29,259 nucleotides of DNA, from assembly GCA_964493715.1 (NCBI GenBank), contig CAZBPC010000037.1, forward strand, positions 1 through 29,259, given 5' to 3'. This document shows positions 10,172 through 21,258 of this stretch, piece by piece (position 1 is the stretch's first letter; every line of letters starts with the position of its first letter). The translations under genes were made by a program, and so were the position numbers. Source of the stretch: an uncultured archaeon. Its GTDB lineage: Archaea; Asgardarchaeota; Lokiarchaeia; Sigyniarchaeales; SOKP01. The notes under the pieces are model-generated. The model saw nothing but the letters and a program-made list of their open reading frames with translations, was not told where the DNA came from and searched no databases.

Positions 10172-10579
10172 ATGGATGAAAAAGGTATAATTAATCCAAA
10201 TGCAAGAGGATTCGCAGGTTTAATAAAAAGTATCATGGAACCACTAAATGACAATCTTGAATTTAAAGAGAAATTTAAAAAGTTGGACAGAAAATTTCTA
10301 ATAAATGCCTCAAACTTAAACCATGCTGCCTTGATATCCGTTACTCAAGGTGTTATGAAGGTTGAGAGCGTTCCAAATAAACCTGAATCCAACTTAAAAA
10401 AGAAATTAGTCGGTTGGGATGGATATATCTCCATGGATTCACAAATTTTTCTCGCACTGGCTATGAATAGAATTTCAATAATAGGGATAGGTATAAAATG
10501 GATTTTAGGAAAGGTAAAAATGAGAGGAATTCTTAAATTGCTCTCGTTATTAAGTATTTTTGATTTTTTAAAGAAGTAA
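10172..10579 (+). CDS. SCP2 sterol/lipid-binding-like small protein
   Basis: 135 aa; D..ISMDSQIFLALAMNRIS...WILGKVKMRG matches the SCP2 C-terminal pattern; same direction as the FAD operon. Confidence 0.6.
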   Translation: MDEKGIINPNARGFAGLIKSIMEPLNDNLEFKEKFKKLDRKFLINASNLNHAALISVTQGVMKVESVPNKPESNLKKKLVGWDGYISMDSQIFLALAMNRISIIGIGIKWILGKVKMRGILKLLSLLSIFDFLKK

Positions 10580-10616
10580 AATTCTCAAAACAAATAAAAT
10601 ATATGGTGTGTAAAGA

Positions 10617-11684
10617 TTGGAAAATAAGAAAAACAAGAAGGTTGAAGTTATTGAAGCTTGGTCGGGACCAGGAAGAAAGGATGAAAAGATCACTGTTTTT
10701 AAACCGGAATATGATGCGATGCATATAGACATGAAAAAAAGAGGAAATTCCGAATGGTGGTATTTTGATGCTCGTCTTGATAATGGGTACACTGTTGTTG
10801 CATTTTTTCGAGCAAAACATGAACGTTCTGGAAATACAGGTGTAGAGATTACGATCTATAAACCTAATGATGAGAAGATCCAAAAAGTATATGATTATAA
10901 GCGTTCTGAGCTTAAAGTCTCTCGAGAATTAGCTGATATCCAAATTGGAAAAAATTTCATAAAAGTTGATTATTCAAATGAGAAATTCCCCATATATGAG
11001 ATTTTTTTAGATGAAGGTGAATTTGGTCTCCATTTAAAATACAACGCTGAAGTTCCAGGATGGATGCCAGGAAAGGGATATACTAAATTTGGCGAATTAG
11101 GTGTATTTGGATGGGTTGTTCCTTTACCAAAAGCAAAAGTAGATGGAACGATTAAAGTTCATAACGAAACCATTTCAGTGAAAGGGATGGGGTACCATGA
11201 TCACAATTGGATCACGCTTAACATGATTAAGATTCTTAATTATTGGCATTGGGGTCGGATTTATTCAGAAAATTTAACCGTTGTTTATGCTTATATCCAG
11301 AGCAATAAAAAAATGGAAAATTATATAATCCCGGTTTTAATGCTTGCCAAAAACGATAAAATAATTCTCAGCACAGGCGAATATGTTTTGAAAGAAAAAG
11401 ATTTTCAATACGATGATAAAGTAAAAAATAATTATCCATTAAGTTTGGAATTTGAACTCCCTAATCAAAACAAAATTACACTTAAAGTTGAAAGCATCAT
11501 TGATTCTGTTAACATGCTCTCTGAATTTAATCCTATCTTAAGATTTTTGGCTAAAAATGTTCTAAAATTAAATCCGGGATATTTTAGACTAAATTCTAAA
11601 TTTGAGATTAATTTCGATTATAATGGTAATTCATTCAAAGAAAAAGGAAATACTCTCCATGAAATGGTTATATTAAAACAATAA
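10617..11684 (+). CDS. CrtC/AttH-like (carotenoid 1,2-hydratase / lipocalin-like beta-barrel) protein
   Basis: EWWYFDA, GYHDHNW and WHWGR motifs; beta-rich; TTG start. Confidence 0.72.
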   Translation: MENKKNKKVEVIEAWSGPGRKDEKITVFKPEYDAMHIDMKKRGNSEWWYFDARLDNGYTVVAFFRAKHERSGNTGVEITIYKPNDEKIQKVYDYKRSELKVSRELADIQIGKNFIKVDYSNEKFPIYEIFLDEGEFGLHLKYNAEVPGWMPGKGYTKFGELGVFGWVVPLPKAKVDGTIKVHNETISVKGMGYHDHNWITLNMIKILNYWHWGRIYSENLTVVYAYIQSNKKMENYIIPVLMLAKNDKIILSTGEYVLKEKDFQYDDKVKNNYPLSLEFELPNQNKITLKVESIIDSVNMLSEFNPILRFLAKNVLKLNPGYFRLNSKFEINFDYNGNSFKEKGNTLHEMVILKQ

Positions 11685-11687
11685 GAT

Positions 11688-14846
<3,159 letters not shown>

Positions 14847-14953
14847 TTATTTCCCTATTTAATAAAGATGATAGTTAAATGTGAAATATTATTTTTTTTT
14901 AATTTTGTAACTGAGTCTAAATCTTTTTATTTCTCCCTTTTTTAAAAGAATTT

Positions 14954-15355
14954 ATGACAAATAAAAAGAAGAATCCGATCGTTTTTGACCGGATGTTATT
15001 TCAAATAAAAGTAAAAGATCTCGACCGAGCTAAGAAATTTTATGAGGATTTTTTTGGTTTTAAAAATATCTGGTACATAAGTCCAGAAGTTGGATGGACG
15101 GAATTTGAACTTCCGGGAGATAGCCCTCATCTTGGTTTAAATACGGTATTGGAGGGCGAGGAATTTGAAGAAGACTCTGGGACCTTCACTATTCAGGTCA
15201 AAAACCTTGAGGAAACGAAAAATTATCTTGAAGAACAGAGTGTGAATACCACAGAAATAACAGACATTCCTGATATGGTATCATATTTTAACATCACGGA
15301 TCCAGAAGGAAATAGAGTCCAAATTGTCTCAGAACCAAGGATTTCTGATGAATAA
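14954..15355 (+). CDS. VOC (glyoxalase/bleomycin resistance) family protein
   Basis: VKDLDRAKKFYEDFFG and FNITDPEGNRVQI motifs. Confidence 0.88.
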   Translation: MTNKKKNPIVFDRMLFQIKVKDLDRAKKFYEDFFGFKNIWYISPEVGWTEFELPGDSPHLGLNTVLEGEEFEEDSGTFTIQVKNLEETKNYLEEQSVNTTEITDIPDMVSYFNITDPEGNRVQIVSEPRISDE

Positions 15356-15366
15356 GAATAAAAAAA

Positions 15367-15933
15367 TTAATTTTCATGAAATTGGATAATAGTCATTACT
15401 TTTACCATTCGAGAAAAATCAGTTGATTCAATTGTATCATTTTTTGGATCCCAACCAAATAACATCTTGGCAGATTTTCCATAATTTTCCACATACCAGT
15501 ATAGAAAATCTAATTTCTTACTTTCAGTATTTATTATTTCTATTCGTGGTTTAAAACCCCGAAATCCCTTTCTAATATAGACATCTGAGGGATTAGCTTG
15601 AATATTTTTAAGCCACCCCGCATCAAGACCTCTCGCTGAAATAACTGTAATTACATTTTCAAAACGACGGTACTCCACGGGAGTTCTTCGCTTTTTTCCG
15701 GTTTTTCTCCCTTTAGTTTCTATCATTAAAAAGATCTTTCCAAATCCTAATAGAGGTAATATTCTAGCTCGATAAAGGGGAACCATAAAAATTTTATTCA
15801 ATTTTCCCCATTTCTTTAGAGTTTTCTTCTTTTTTTCTTCATCCTCATCAATTAATGCAAACAATGGAGTACCAGGACTTGGGAGCACTTTTTTCTGAGG
15901 TTTATTTTCAGTTGAAGCTGTCATTGATCTCAT
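15367..15933 (-). CDS. Deazaflavin (F420)-dependent nitroreductase/oxidoreductase, Ddn-like
   Basis: ETKGRKTGKKRRTPV and WLKNIQANP motifs. Confidence 0.8.
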   Translation of the reverse strand: MRSMTASTENKPQKKVLPSPGTPLFALIDEDEEKKKKTLKKWGKLNKIFMVPLYRARILPLLGFGKIFLMIETKGRKTGKKRRTPVEYRRFENVITVISARGLDAGWLKNIQANPSDVYIRKGFRGFKPRIEIINTESKKLDFLYWYVENYGKSAKMLFGWDPKNDTIESTDFSRMVKVMTIIQFHEN

Positions 15934-16037
15934 ACTTTTTTATTTGAATCTTTAAAATGATTCAAAAAATTTAACCTTAATCAGGTTTTTGAATATTTTA
16001 TTAGTTATTATAGATGAAACGATTGAAATTAATCTAA

Positions 16038-16616
16038 TTAATCTCTATAATAGTCATACATATCTGCAGCTAATCGGTAAAAAACATCGTCAATATTTGT
16101 TCCTAATTTCGCACTTGTTTCAAAATAAGCTCGTGTCCCTAGATTTTGGCAATAATTTTTTATTTCTTCTTTCAAAATGATTTGCGCTTGAGGATTGATC
16201 AAATCTGTCTTATTTCCGACGAGAACGCTAGGGCAATTACCTATTTGCCCTTCTATTTCCTCTTTCCAATTTTTTAATCTTTCAAGCGTGTCCTTTCGGG
16301 TTAAATCAAATACATAAATAATTCCTTTAGCTGATTTATAGAATGCTAATCTAACCCATTTGAAATATTCTTGTCCTGCAAGGTCCCATACTTGTAATGT
16401 TAGCAGATTCTTGATCTCAGGTAATTTTAGATATTTAACAAAAAAATTTGATCCGATGGTTATCTCAGCTTTCGATTTGAATCTCCCACTTAAATATCTA
16501 TGTAAAATAGTTGTTTTTCCCGCTCCTGAATCTCCAACTATGCATATCTTGAAAAAATTTTGCTTTCTGGGAGAGCCTTTGAATACAATTGAATTTCCCA
16601 AGTACCTTGTCTCCAT
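16038..16616 (-). CDS. Rab-like small GTPase (Ras superfamily)
   Basis: G1 GDSGAGKT, G2 TIG, G3 WDLAGQE, G4 NKTD, G5 ETSAK; RabF-like IGSNF, TLQVW, FYKSA, VFDLT. Confidence 0.93.
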   Translation of the reverse strand: METRYLGNSIVFKGSPRKQNFFKICIVGDSGAGKTTILHRYLSGRFKSKAEITIGSNFFVKYLKLPEIKNLLTLQVWDLAGQEYFKWVRLAFYKSAKGIIYVFDLTRKDTLERLKNWKEEIEGQIGNCPSVLVGNKTDLINPQAQIILKEEIKNYCQNLGTRAYFETSAKLGTNIDDVFYRLAADMYDYYRD

Positions 16617-16945
16617 TAATTAGTTTATCTATATTTTTTATTGTATATTCTTTCTTCGAAAACAACCTTTAAATAAGATATTGAAATCTCTGAAAATATA
16701 TCTACTTCAACCTATATTCATAACTCAGTTCAAGAATTCTACATTAAAAATAATAAATAATAACTAATAAATAAATGACATTTTAATAGTTAATAATTTT
16801 TAGATGGTTTAACAAGCAATAAATAAAGCTTAGCGAAGTGTAATTCCATGATCTTTTAACATAATTCACATTGCTAAAACTTAAGATTATATTTTTTTAT
16901 ACTTTTACTTCCTTAAAGGATAATAATATATTTAGAAATCTTACA

Positions 16946-17995
16946 ATGCGAATAGTAGATCTGCGTTCTGATACCGTGACCAAACCTTCTCCGGAGATGT
17001 GGGAAGTTGTTAAAAGTTGGGATGATTCAATGCTAGGAGATGATGTAATGCGAGAAGATCCGACAGTTAACGAATTAGAAATGAAAGCAGCAAAAAAATT
17101 AGGAAAGCAAGACGCATTATTTGTTACTTCAGGGACTCAAGGAAACCTAATAAGTTTAATGGCTCAATCAGCACCCGGAGATGAGATAATTGTTGAGGAA
17201 GAGAGTCATATCGTCGGTCATGAAGTTGGCAGCGCCGCTAGAATAGGAGGTTTGATGATAAAGACTTATTCATCAGAAAGAGGATTCCCTTCTTTAAAAA
17301 AGCTAGAAACAATGATACGAAATTCAGATGATATTCACGAGCCACCAAGTAAGTTGTTATGTGCTGAGAACACGCATAATTATCATGGGGGTACAATAAT
17401 CAGACCAGAAGAATTAAAAGAAATGAGAGATTTTACTCTTAAACATAATCTTAAATTTCATCTAGATGGTGCGAGAATTTTCAATGCATCAGTAGCTTCA
17501 AACCTTCCTATTACTGAATTCACGAAACATGCTGATAGCGTGATGTTTTGTTTATCAAAAGGGCTTTCTTGTCCTGTAGGTTCTATGGTCGTTGGTTCAC
17601 AAGAATTTATTGATAAAGCGAGAAAATTTCGTAAGATGTTAGGAGGTGGCATGCGTCAAGCAGGTATAATTGCCTCTTTTGGATTAGTGGCACTTGAAGA
17701 TAAATGGATTAATAGATTGAATGTGGATCACAATAACGCTAAAAGATTAGCAGACGGTTTACTCTCTCTTAATCTCCCTATTACTGTTCAAAAGCCTGAA
17801 ACAAACATTTTGATGGTACATTTTCCTGAAAATGCCCCCATGGAAAGCATTGTTTTATCTTTACAAAGTGAAGGAGTGTTGGCATATGATATTAATCAAA
17901 AAATCAGATTTGTCACTCATTTTGGAATAGATGAGGATGATATAGATTTTAGCATAGAAAAAATAGGAAATGTCTTTAAGAAAATCTTGAATTAA
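16946..17995 (+). CDS. ltaE: Low-specificity L-threonine aldolase (PLP)
   Basis: DLRSDTVT, SGTQGN, ENTHN, HLDGARIFNA, CLSKGL (PLP Lys), GGGMRQAG; ATG 16946 preferred over TTG 16871. Confidence 0.93.
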   Translation: MRIVDLRSDTVTKPSPEMWEVVKSWDDSMLGDDVMREDPTVNELEMKAAKKLGKQDALFVTSGTQGNLISLMAQSAPGDEIIVEEESHIVGHEVGSAARIGGLMIKTYSSERGFPSLKKLETMIRNSDDIHEPPSKLLCAENTHNYHGGTIIRPEELKEMRDFTLKHNLKFHLDGARIFNASVASNLPITEFTKHADSVMFCLSKGLSCPVGSMVVGSQEFIDKARKFRKMLGGGMRQAGIIASFGLVALEDKWINRLNVDHNNAKRLADGLLSLNLPITVQKPETNILMVHFPENAPMESIVLSLQSEGVLAYDINQKIRFVTHFGIDEDDIDFSIEKIGNVFKKILN

Positions 17996-18014
17996 TAGAA
18001 ATGTTAATAAGTAA

Positions 18015-19049
18015 TTGGGATTGAAAAAATTGATAATTTTAGATGGTCATTCAGATTTCGGTTTGAAATTGTTATACGAGCAATTAAAAGGATATCATAA
18101 TGTGTTAAAGGATAATCACCTACCTCAACTACGAAAAGGTCAAGTAAATTTGGAAGTTTTCAATGTAGGAGGAGATTTTGATTTTTATCCCGCTTTGGAT
18201 CCTAGAGATCCTCTAATTGTTTTTCAAACTCTAGATGCTGTGCTTAAAGAGGTATCAGATAATGAAGATTTATTTTTAATTGTTAAAAATAGAGATGATT
18301 TTGAAAGAATTAACAATTCGCACAAGGTTGGTTTTTTATTAGCCCTTGAAGGTGCTGGAGCAATAGGATCTGACTTTTCTCGTTTGAGAAACTTTTACAG
18401 ACTTGGATTGAGATTAATAACATTAACTCATAATGAGCAAAATTCCTTTGCAGATGGGCTTGGAGTAGAATCCCCAAAAGGATTAACAGATTTGGGAAAA
18501 AAATTAGTGCATGAAATGGATGAGATGGGTATAATAATAGATCTTTCTCACACTTCAGAGCCTACTTTCTGGGATGCTATAAAATATTCTAAAAATCTGG
18601 TTATAACTTCCCATTCTAATGCAAAAACCATCTGCAATAACATTAGAAACCTTTCTGATGACCAAATTAAAGCAATAGGAAATAAAGATGGTGTTATAGG
18701 CATTAATTTCGTTGGGCAATTTATTGATAACAATCCAAGAAACGCATCTATAGATAGATTAATTGATCATATAGATTACATCATCGAATTAATTGGAATC
18801 GATCACGTTGGATTGGGACCTGATTTTTTGGATTATGTTGTAGAAGATAAAGTTGAATTATATGATACATCCACCAAGGGAACTAAAAATGAACCAGTAG
18901 AAATGATTTATCCTGAAGGTCTAAAGAAGGTTTCAGATTTTCCTAACTTATTTATGGCTTTGGAAAAGAGAGGATATTCAAAAGGCGATATCAAAAAAAT
19001 TCAGGGTGAAAATTTCGTTAGAGTGTATAAAGATATATTTAAACATTAA
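18015..19049 (+). CDS. Membrane dipeptidase family M19 (amidohydrolase fold)
   Basis: DGHSD, LALEG, LTHN, IDLSH, SHSN, HVGLGPDF, GENFVRV; TTG start (18015 or 18021). Confidence 0.9.
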   Translation: MGLKKLIILDGHSDFGLKLLYEQLKGYHNVLKDNHLPQLRKGQVNLEVFNVGGDFDFYPALDPRDPLIVFQTLDAVLKEVSDNEDLFLIVKNRDDFERINNSHKVGFLLALEGAGAIGSDFSRLRNFYRLGLRLITLTHNEQNSFADGLGVESPKGLTDLGKKLVHEMDEMGIIIDLSHTSEPTFWDAIKYSKNLVITSHSNAKTICNNIRNLSDDQIKAIGNKDGVIGINFVGQFIDNNPRNASIDRLIDHIDYIIELIGIDHVGLGPDFLDYVVEDKVELYDTSTKGTKNEPVEMIYPEGLKKVSDFPNLFMALEKRGYSKGDIKKIQGENFVRVYKDIFKH

Positions 19050-19055
19050 AGCAAT

Positions 19056-19496
19056 ATGGTGAGAATGAAAGAAGAGCATTCCATTGCTGCAGTTGTATAC
19101 AACGAAGATCAATATTTATTACTAAAATATGGATTGGGACATTGGGGATTCGTGAAGGGTCATAAGGAAAAAGGGGAATCTGATGAAGAAACTATTCTTA
19201 GAGAATTAGAAGAGGAAACTGGCATTACTGATGCAAAAATCATTAAGGATTTCAAAAAGGATTTCGATTATCAATTTAAATTCAAAGGAGAACAAATCCA
19301 TAAAAACGTGACTTGTTATCTAATTGAATCCAGAACAAGAAAGGTTATCATAAGTTATGAACACGAAAATTATATTTGGCTTCCTTTAGAAAAAGCGCTA
19401 AAAAAAGCTACATTTAATAATAGTAAAGCCATTTTAAAAAAAGCTGCAGCCTATCGCAAGGGTAATCTAGATTCTTTTATAAGTAGCAATAAATAA
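19056..19496 (+). CDS. Nudix hydrolase, Ap4A-hydrolase-like
   Basis: HWGFVKGHKEKGESDEETILRELEEETG Nudix box; ISYEHENYIW. Confidence 0.9.
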   Translation: MVRMKEEHSIAAVVYNEDQYLLLKYGLGHWGFVKGHKEKGESDEETILRELEEETGITDAKIIKDFKKDFDYQFKFKGEQIHKNVTCYLIESRTRKVIISYEHENYIWLPLEKALKKATFNNSKAILKKAAAYRKGNLDSFISSNK

Positions 19497-19537
19497 ATAG
19501 AGACATACCAAAATAGAAAGGAGTATTTATATCTATA

Positions 19538-20728
19538 ATGGCATCAAGCAAGTTAGCATTCTTTCTTCCATTTGAATTCGACCAAATTCCAAGAGAATGG
19601 TATCCATGGGATGATGATTGGGATAAAGAAAAAGGGAGAATGTTTATTTTTGAATGCTTTAAAAACGCACCGTTTGATGGGTTATTAATTTCTAAATCAA
19701 AATTTGATACAAATCAGAGTAGATTCTCCGATTTATTAAAAAATAATAAAAAACTGAAAGATGCTTTTTCCATACCAAAGGATATCAAATTATTCGGAGA
19801 TTGTGGTGCTTTTCAATATCGAGACAAAGAAAAACCACCTTATACCGCGCAAGAAATCCTTAATTATTACCAAGATTATGGTTTTGATATGGGGTGTGCT
19901 ATTGATCACATTATTACAAGCAAAAATGATGTTTCTGAACGAGAAAAACGGTATAAAATAACAAAAGAGTATGCTAAGAAATGTATTGAATTATATAATA
20001 AAAAAGATTATACTTTTGAATTGTTTGGAGTAGCTCAAGGTTGGGATATCCAGTCATATTCACAAATGGTAGAATTTTTACTTGACATTGGCTATGAAAA
20101 TCTTTGTATTGGGGGTTTAGTAGGTCTAAACAAGAAAAATATTGAAAATGATGACGACTTGACACTTGAAAACTTACTAGTGAAATTAAAACCCAAATTC
20201 AAAAAATTCAAGCGAGTTCATATATTTGGAAGGGGAAACATCGAATATCTTTCATTATTCATTGATGTTGGGGTAACACAATTCGATAATAACGTGATGA
20301 GAAAATCCTGGACAGATGAAAAAAGATCTTATTTCTTATATCAAAAAAAAAGTAAAAGCATGAAGTATTACACTTCAATTCGATTGCCTTTAACTAATAA
20401 TAGGCAAGGGAAACAAGAATTAGATTCAAGAATTTTCAATGATCTTAGAGAATTCTCTAATAATGGAATGAGCATTCAAGATTTTATATTATCTCTGAAA
20501 AATTTTTATGAGAGATATAATAAGCTAAATAAAAAGAAATACGACTTAAATGAAAATCTAATAATGAAATTACTAATGGATACACCTTGGAAAAATTGTG
20601 AGTGCGAAATTTGCTCAAAATATCAAATACACACATGTGTTTTCAGAAGGAGGATGAGAAACATGTCAAGAGGATTCCATAATGTATATAACTATTTTTC
20701 TTTGGTAAAAGAGGTTCGTTCTGCTTAG
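19538..20728 (+). CDS. dpdA: DpdA-type 7-deazaguanine DNA transglycosylase (TGT superfamily)
   Basis: DGLLISK, GDCGAFQY..KEKPPY, YYQDYGFDMGCAIDHII, GVAQGW, IGGLV, HIFG, FD (nucleophile position), IRLP, PWKNCECEIC...FR..RN..RGFHN zinc site: a DpdA pattern rather than tRNA TGT. Confidence 0.82.
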   Translation: MASSKLAFFLPFEFDQIPREWYPWDDDWDKEKGRMFIFECFKNAPFDGLLISKSKFDTNQSRFSDLLKNNKKLKDAFSIPKDIKLFGDCGAFQYRDKEKPPYTAQEILNYYQDYGFDMGCAIDHIITSKNDVSEREKRYKITKEYAKKCIELYNKKDYTFELFGVAQGWDIQSYSQMVEFLLDIGYENLCIGGLVGLNKKNIENDDDLTLENLLVKLKPKFKKFKRVHIFGRGNIEYLSLFIDVGVTQFDNNVMRKSWTDEKRSYFLYQKKSKSMKYYTSIRLPLTNNRQGKQELDSRIFNDLREFSNNGMSIQDFILSLKNFYERYNKLNKKKYDLNENLIMKLLMDTPWKNCECEICSKYQIHTCVFRRRMRNMSRGFHNVYNYFSLVKEVRSA

Positions 20729-20733
20729 AATTC

Positions 20734-21192
20734 TTAAACTCTGCAATTTTCTAAATCATTCAATAATACTTGCAAGGAACTATTTAAATATTTGTTTAAT
20801 CTTGAAGTTAAAGCCCCGATGCCTATTGTATCGTGTATCATTTTATATTTTACACCAAATCGAGGTGCAACCACCGCGCGATAATTCTTTCCCATTATTA
20901 AAATGATAAGTTCATATTCTTTTTCTATTTGGACTAATTGTGGTATAACGATTTCCTGCAATTTTAAGACTTCTAATTTATTCTTAATTACCAGATCATA
21001 AGGTTCAATGATTTCAGTTTCATTAAGAAGTCCATATTTTGCACTTAAAATCATAAAATCCAAACCATGCAATTCCGCTAAATCTTTCACTTTTTTAAAT
21101 ACTACTCCTTGATAGAGTTCGCGTGCAGGGGCTTTTTTAGCTAGTTTTTTTATACTACAACCAGTAATAATAACTATTTGTCGATTTGGCAA
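20734..21192 (-). CDS. DUF6884 / YaaA-like protein (DpdC-like)
   Basis: VIITGCSIKK, PARELYQG, ILSAKYGLL, IEPYD, MGKNY, GIG motifs; convergent with dpdA, 5-bp gap. Confidence 0.72.
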   Translation of the reverse strand: MPNRQIVIITGCSIKKLAKKAPARELYQGVVFKKVKDLAELHGLDFMILSAKYGLLNETEIIEPYDLVIKNKLEVLKLQEIVIPQLVQIEKEYELIILIMGKNYRAVVAPRFGVKYKMIHDTIGIGALTSRLNKYLNSSLQVLLNDLENCRV

Positions 21193-21258
21193 TATATTTC
21201 AAATTTTATTGGTTAATATCTATTAATACATGAATACTTTTATTTCCTCATCTAAGTA

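Noticed and set aside
16871-16945. N-terminal signal-like extension on the threonine aldolase
   Set aside because: Family homology begins at ATG 16946; the upstream in-frame stretch looks like AT-rich promoter DNA.
19538-20728. Annotation as housekeeping tRNA-guanine transglycosylase (tgt/arcTGT)
   Set aside because: It has DCGAF rather than DSGG(F/Y), lacks the arcTGT C-terminal PUA domains, and shows DpdA-type PPY, QGW and RGFHN motifs next to a DUF6884-like gene.
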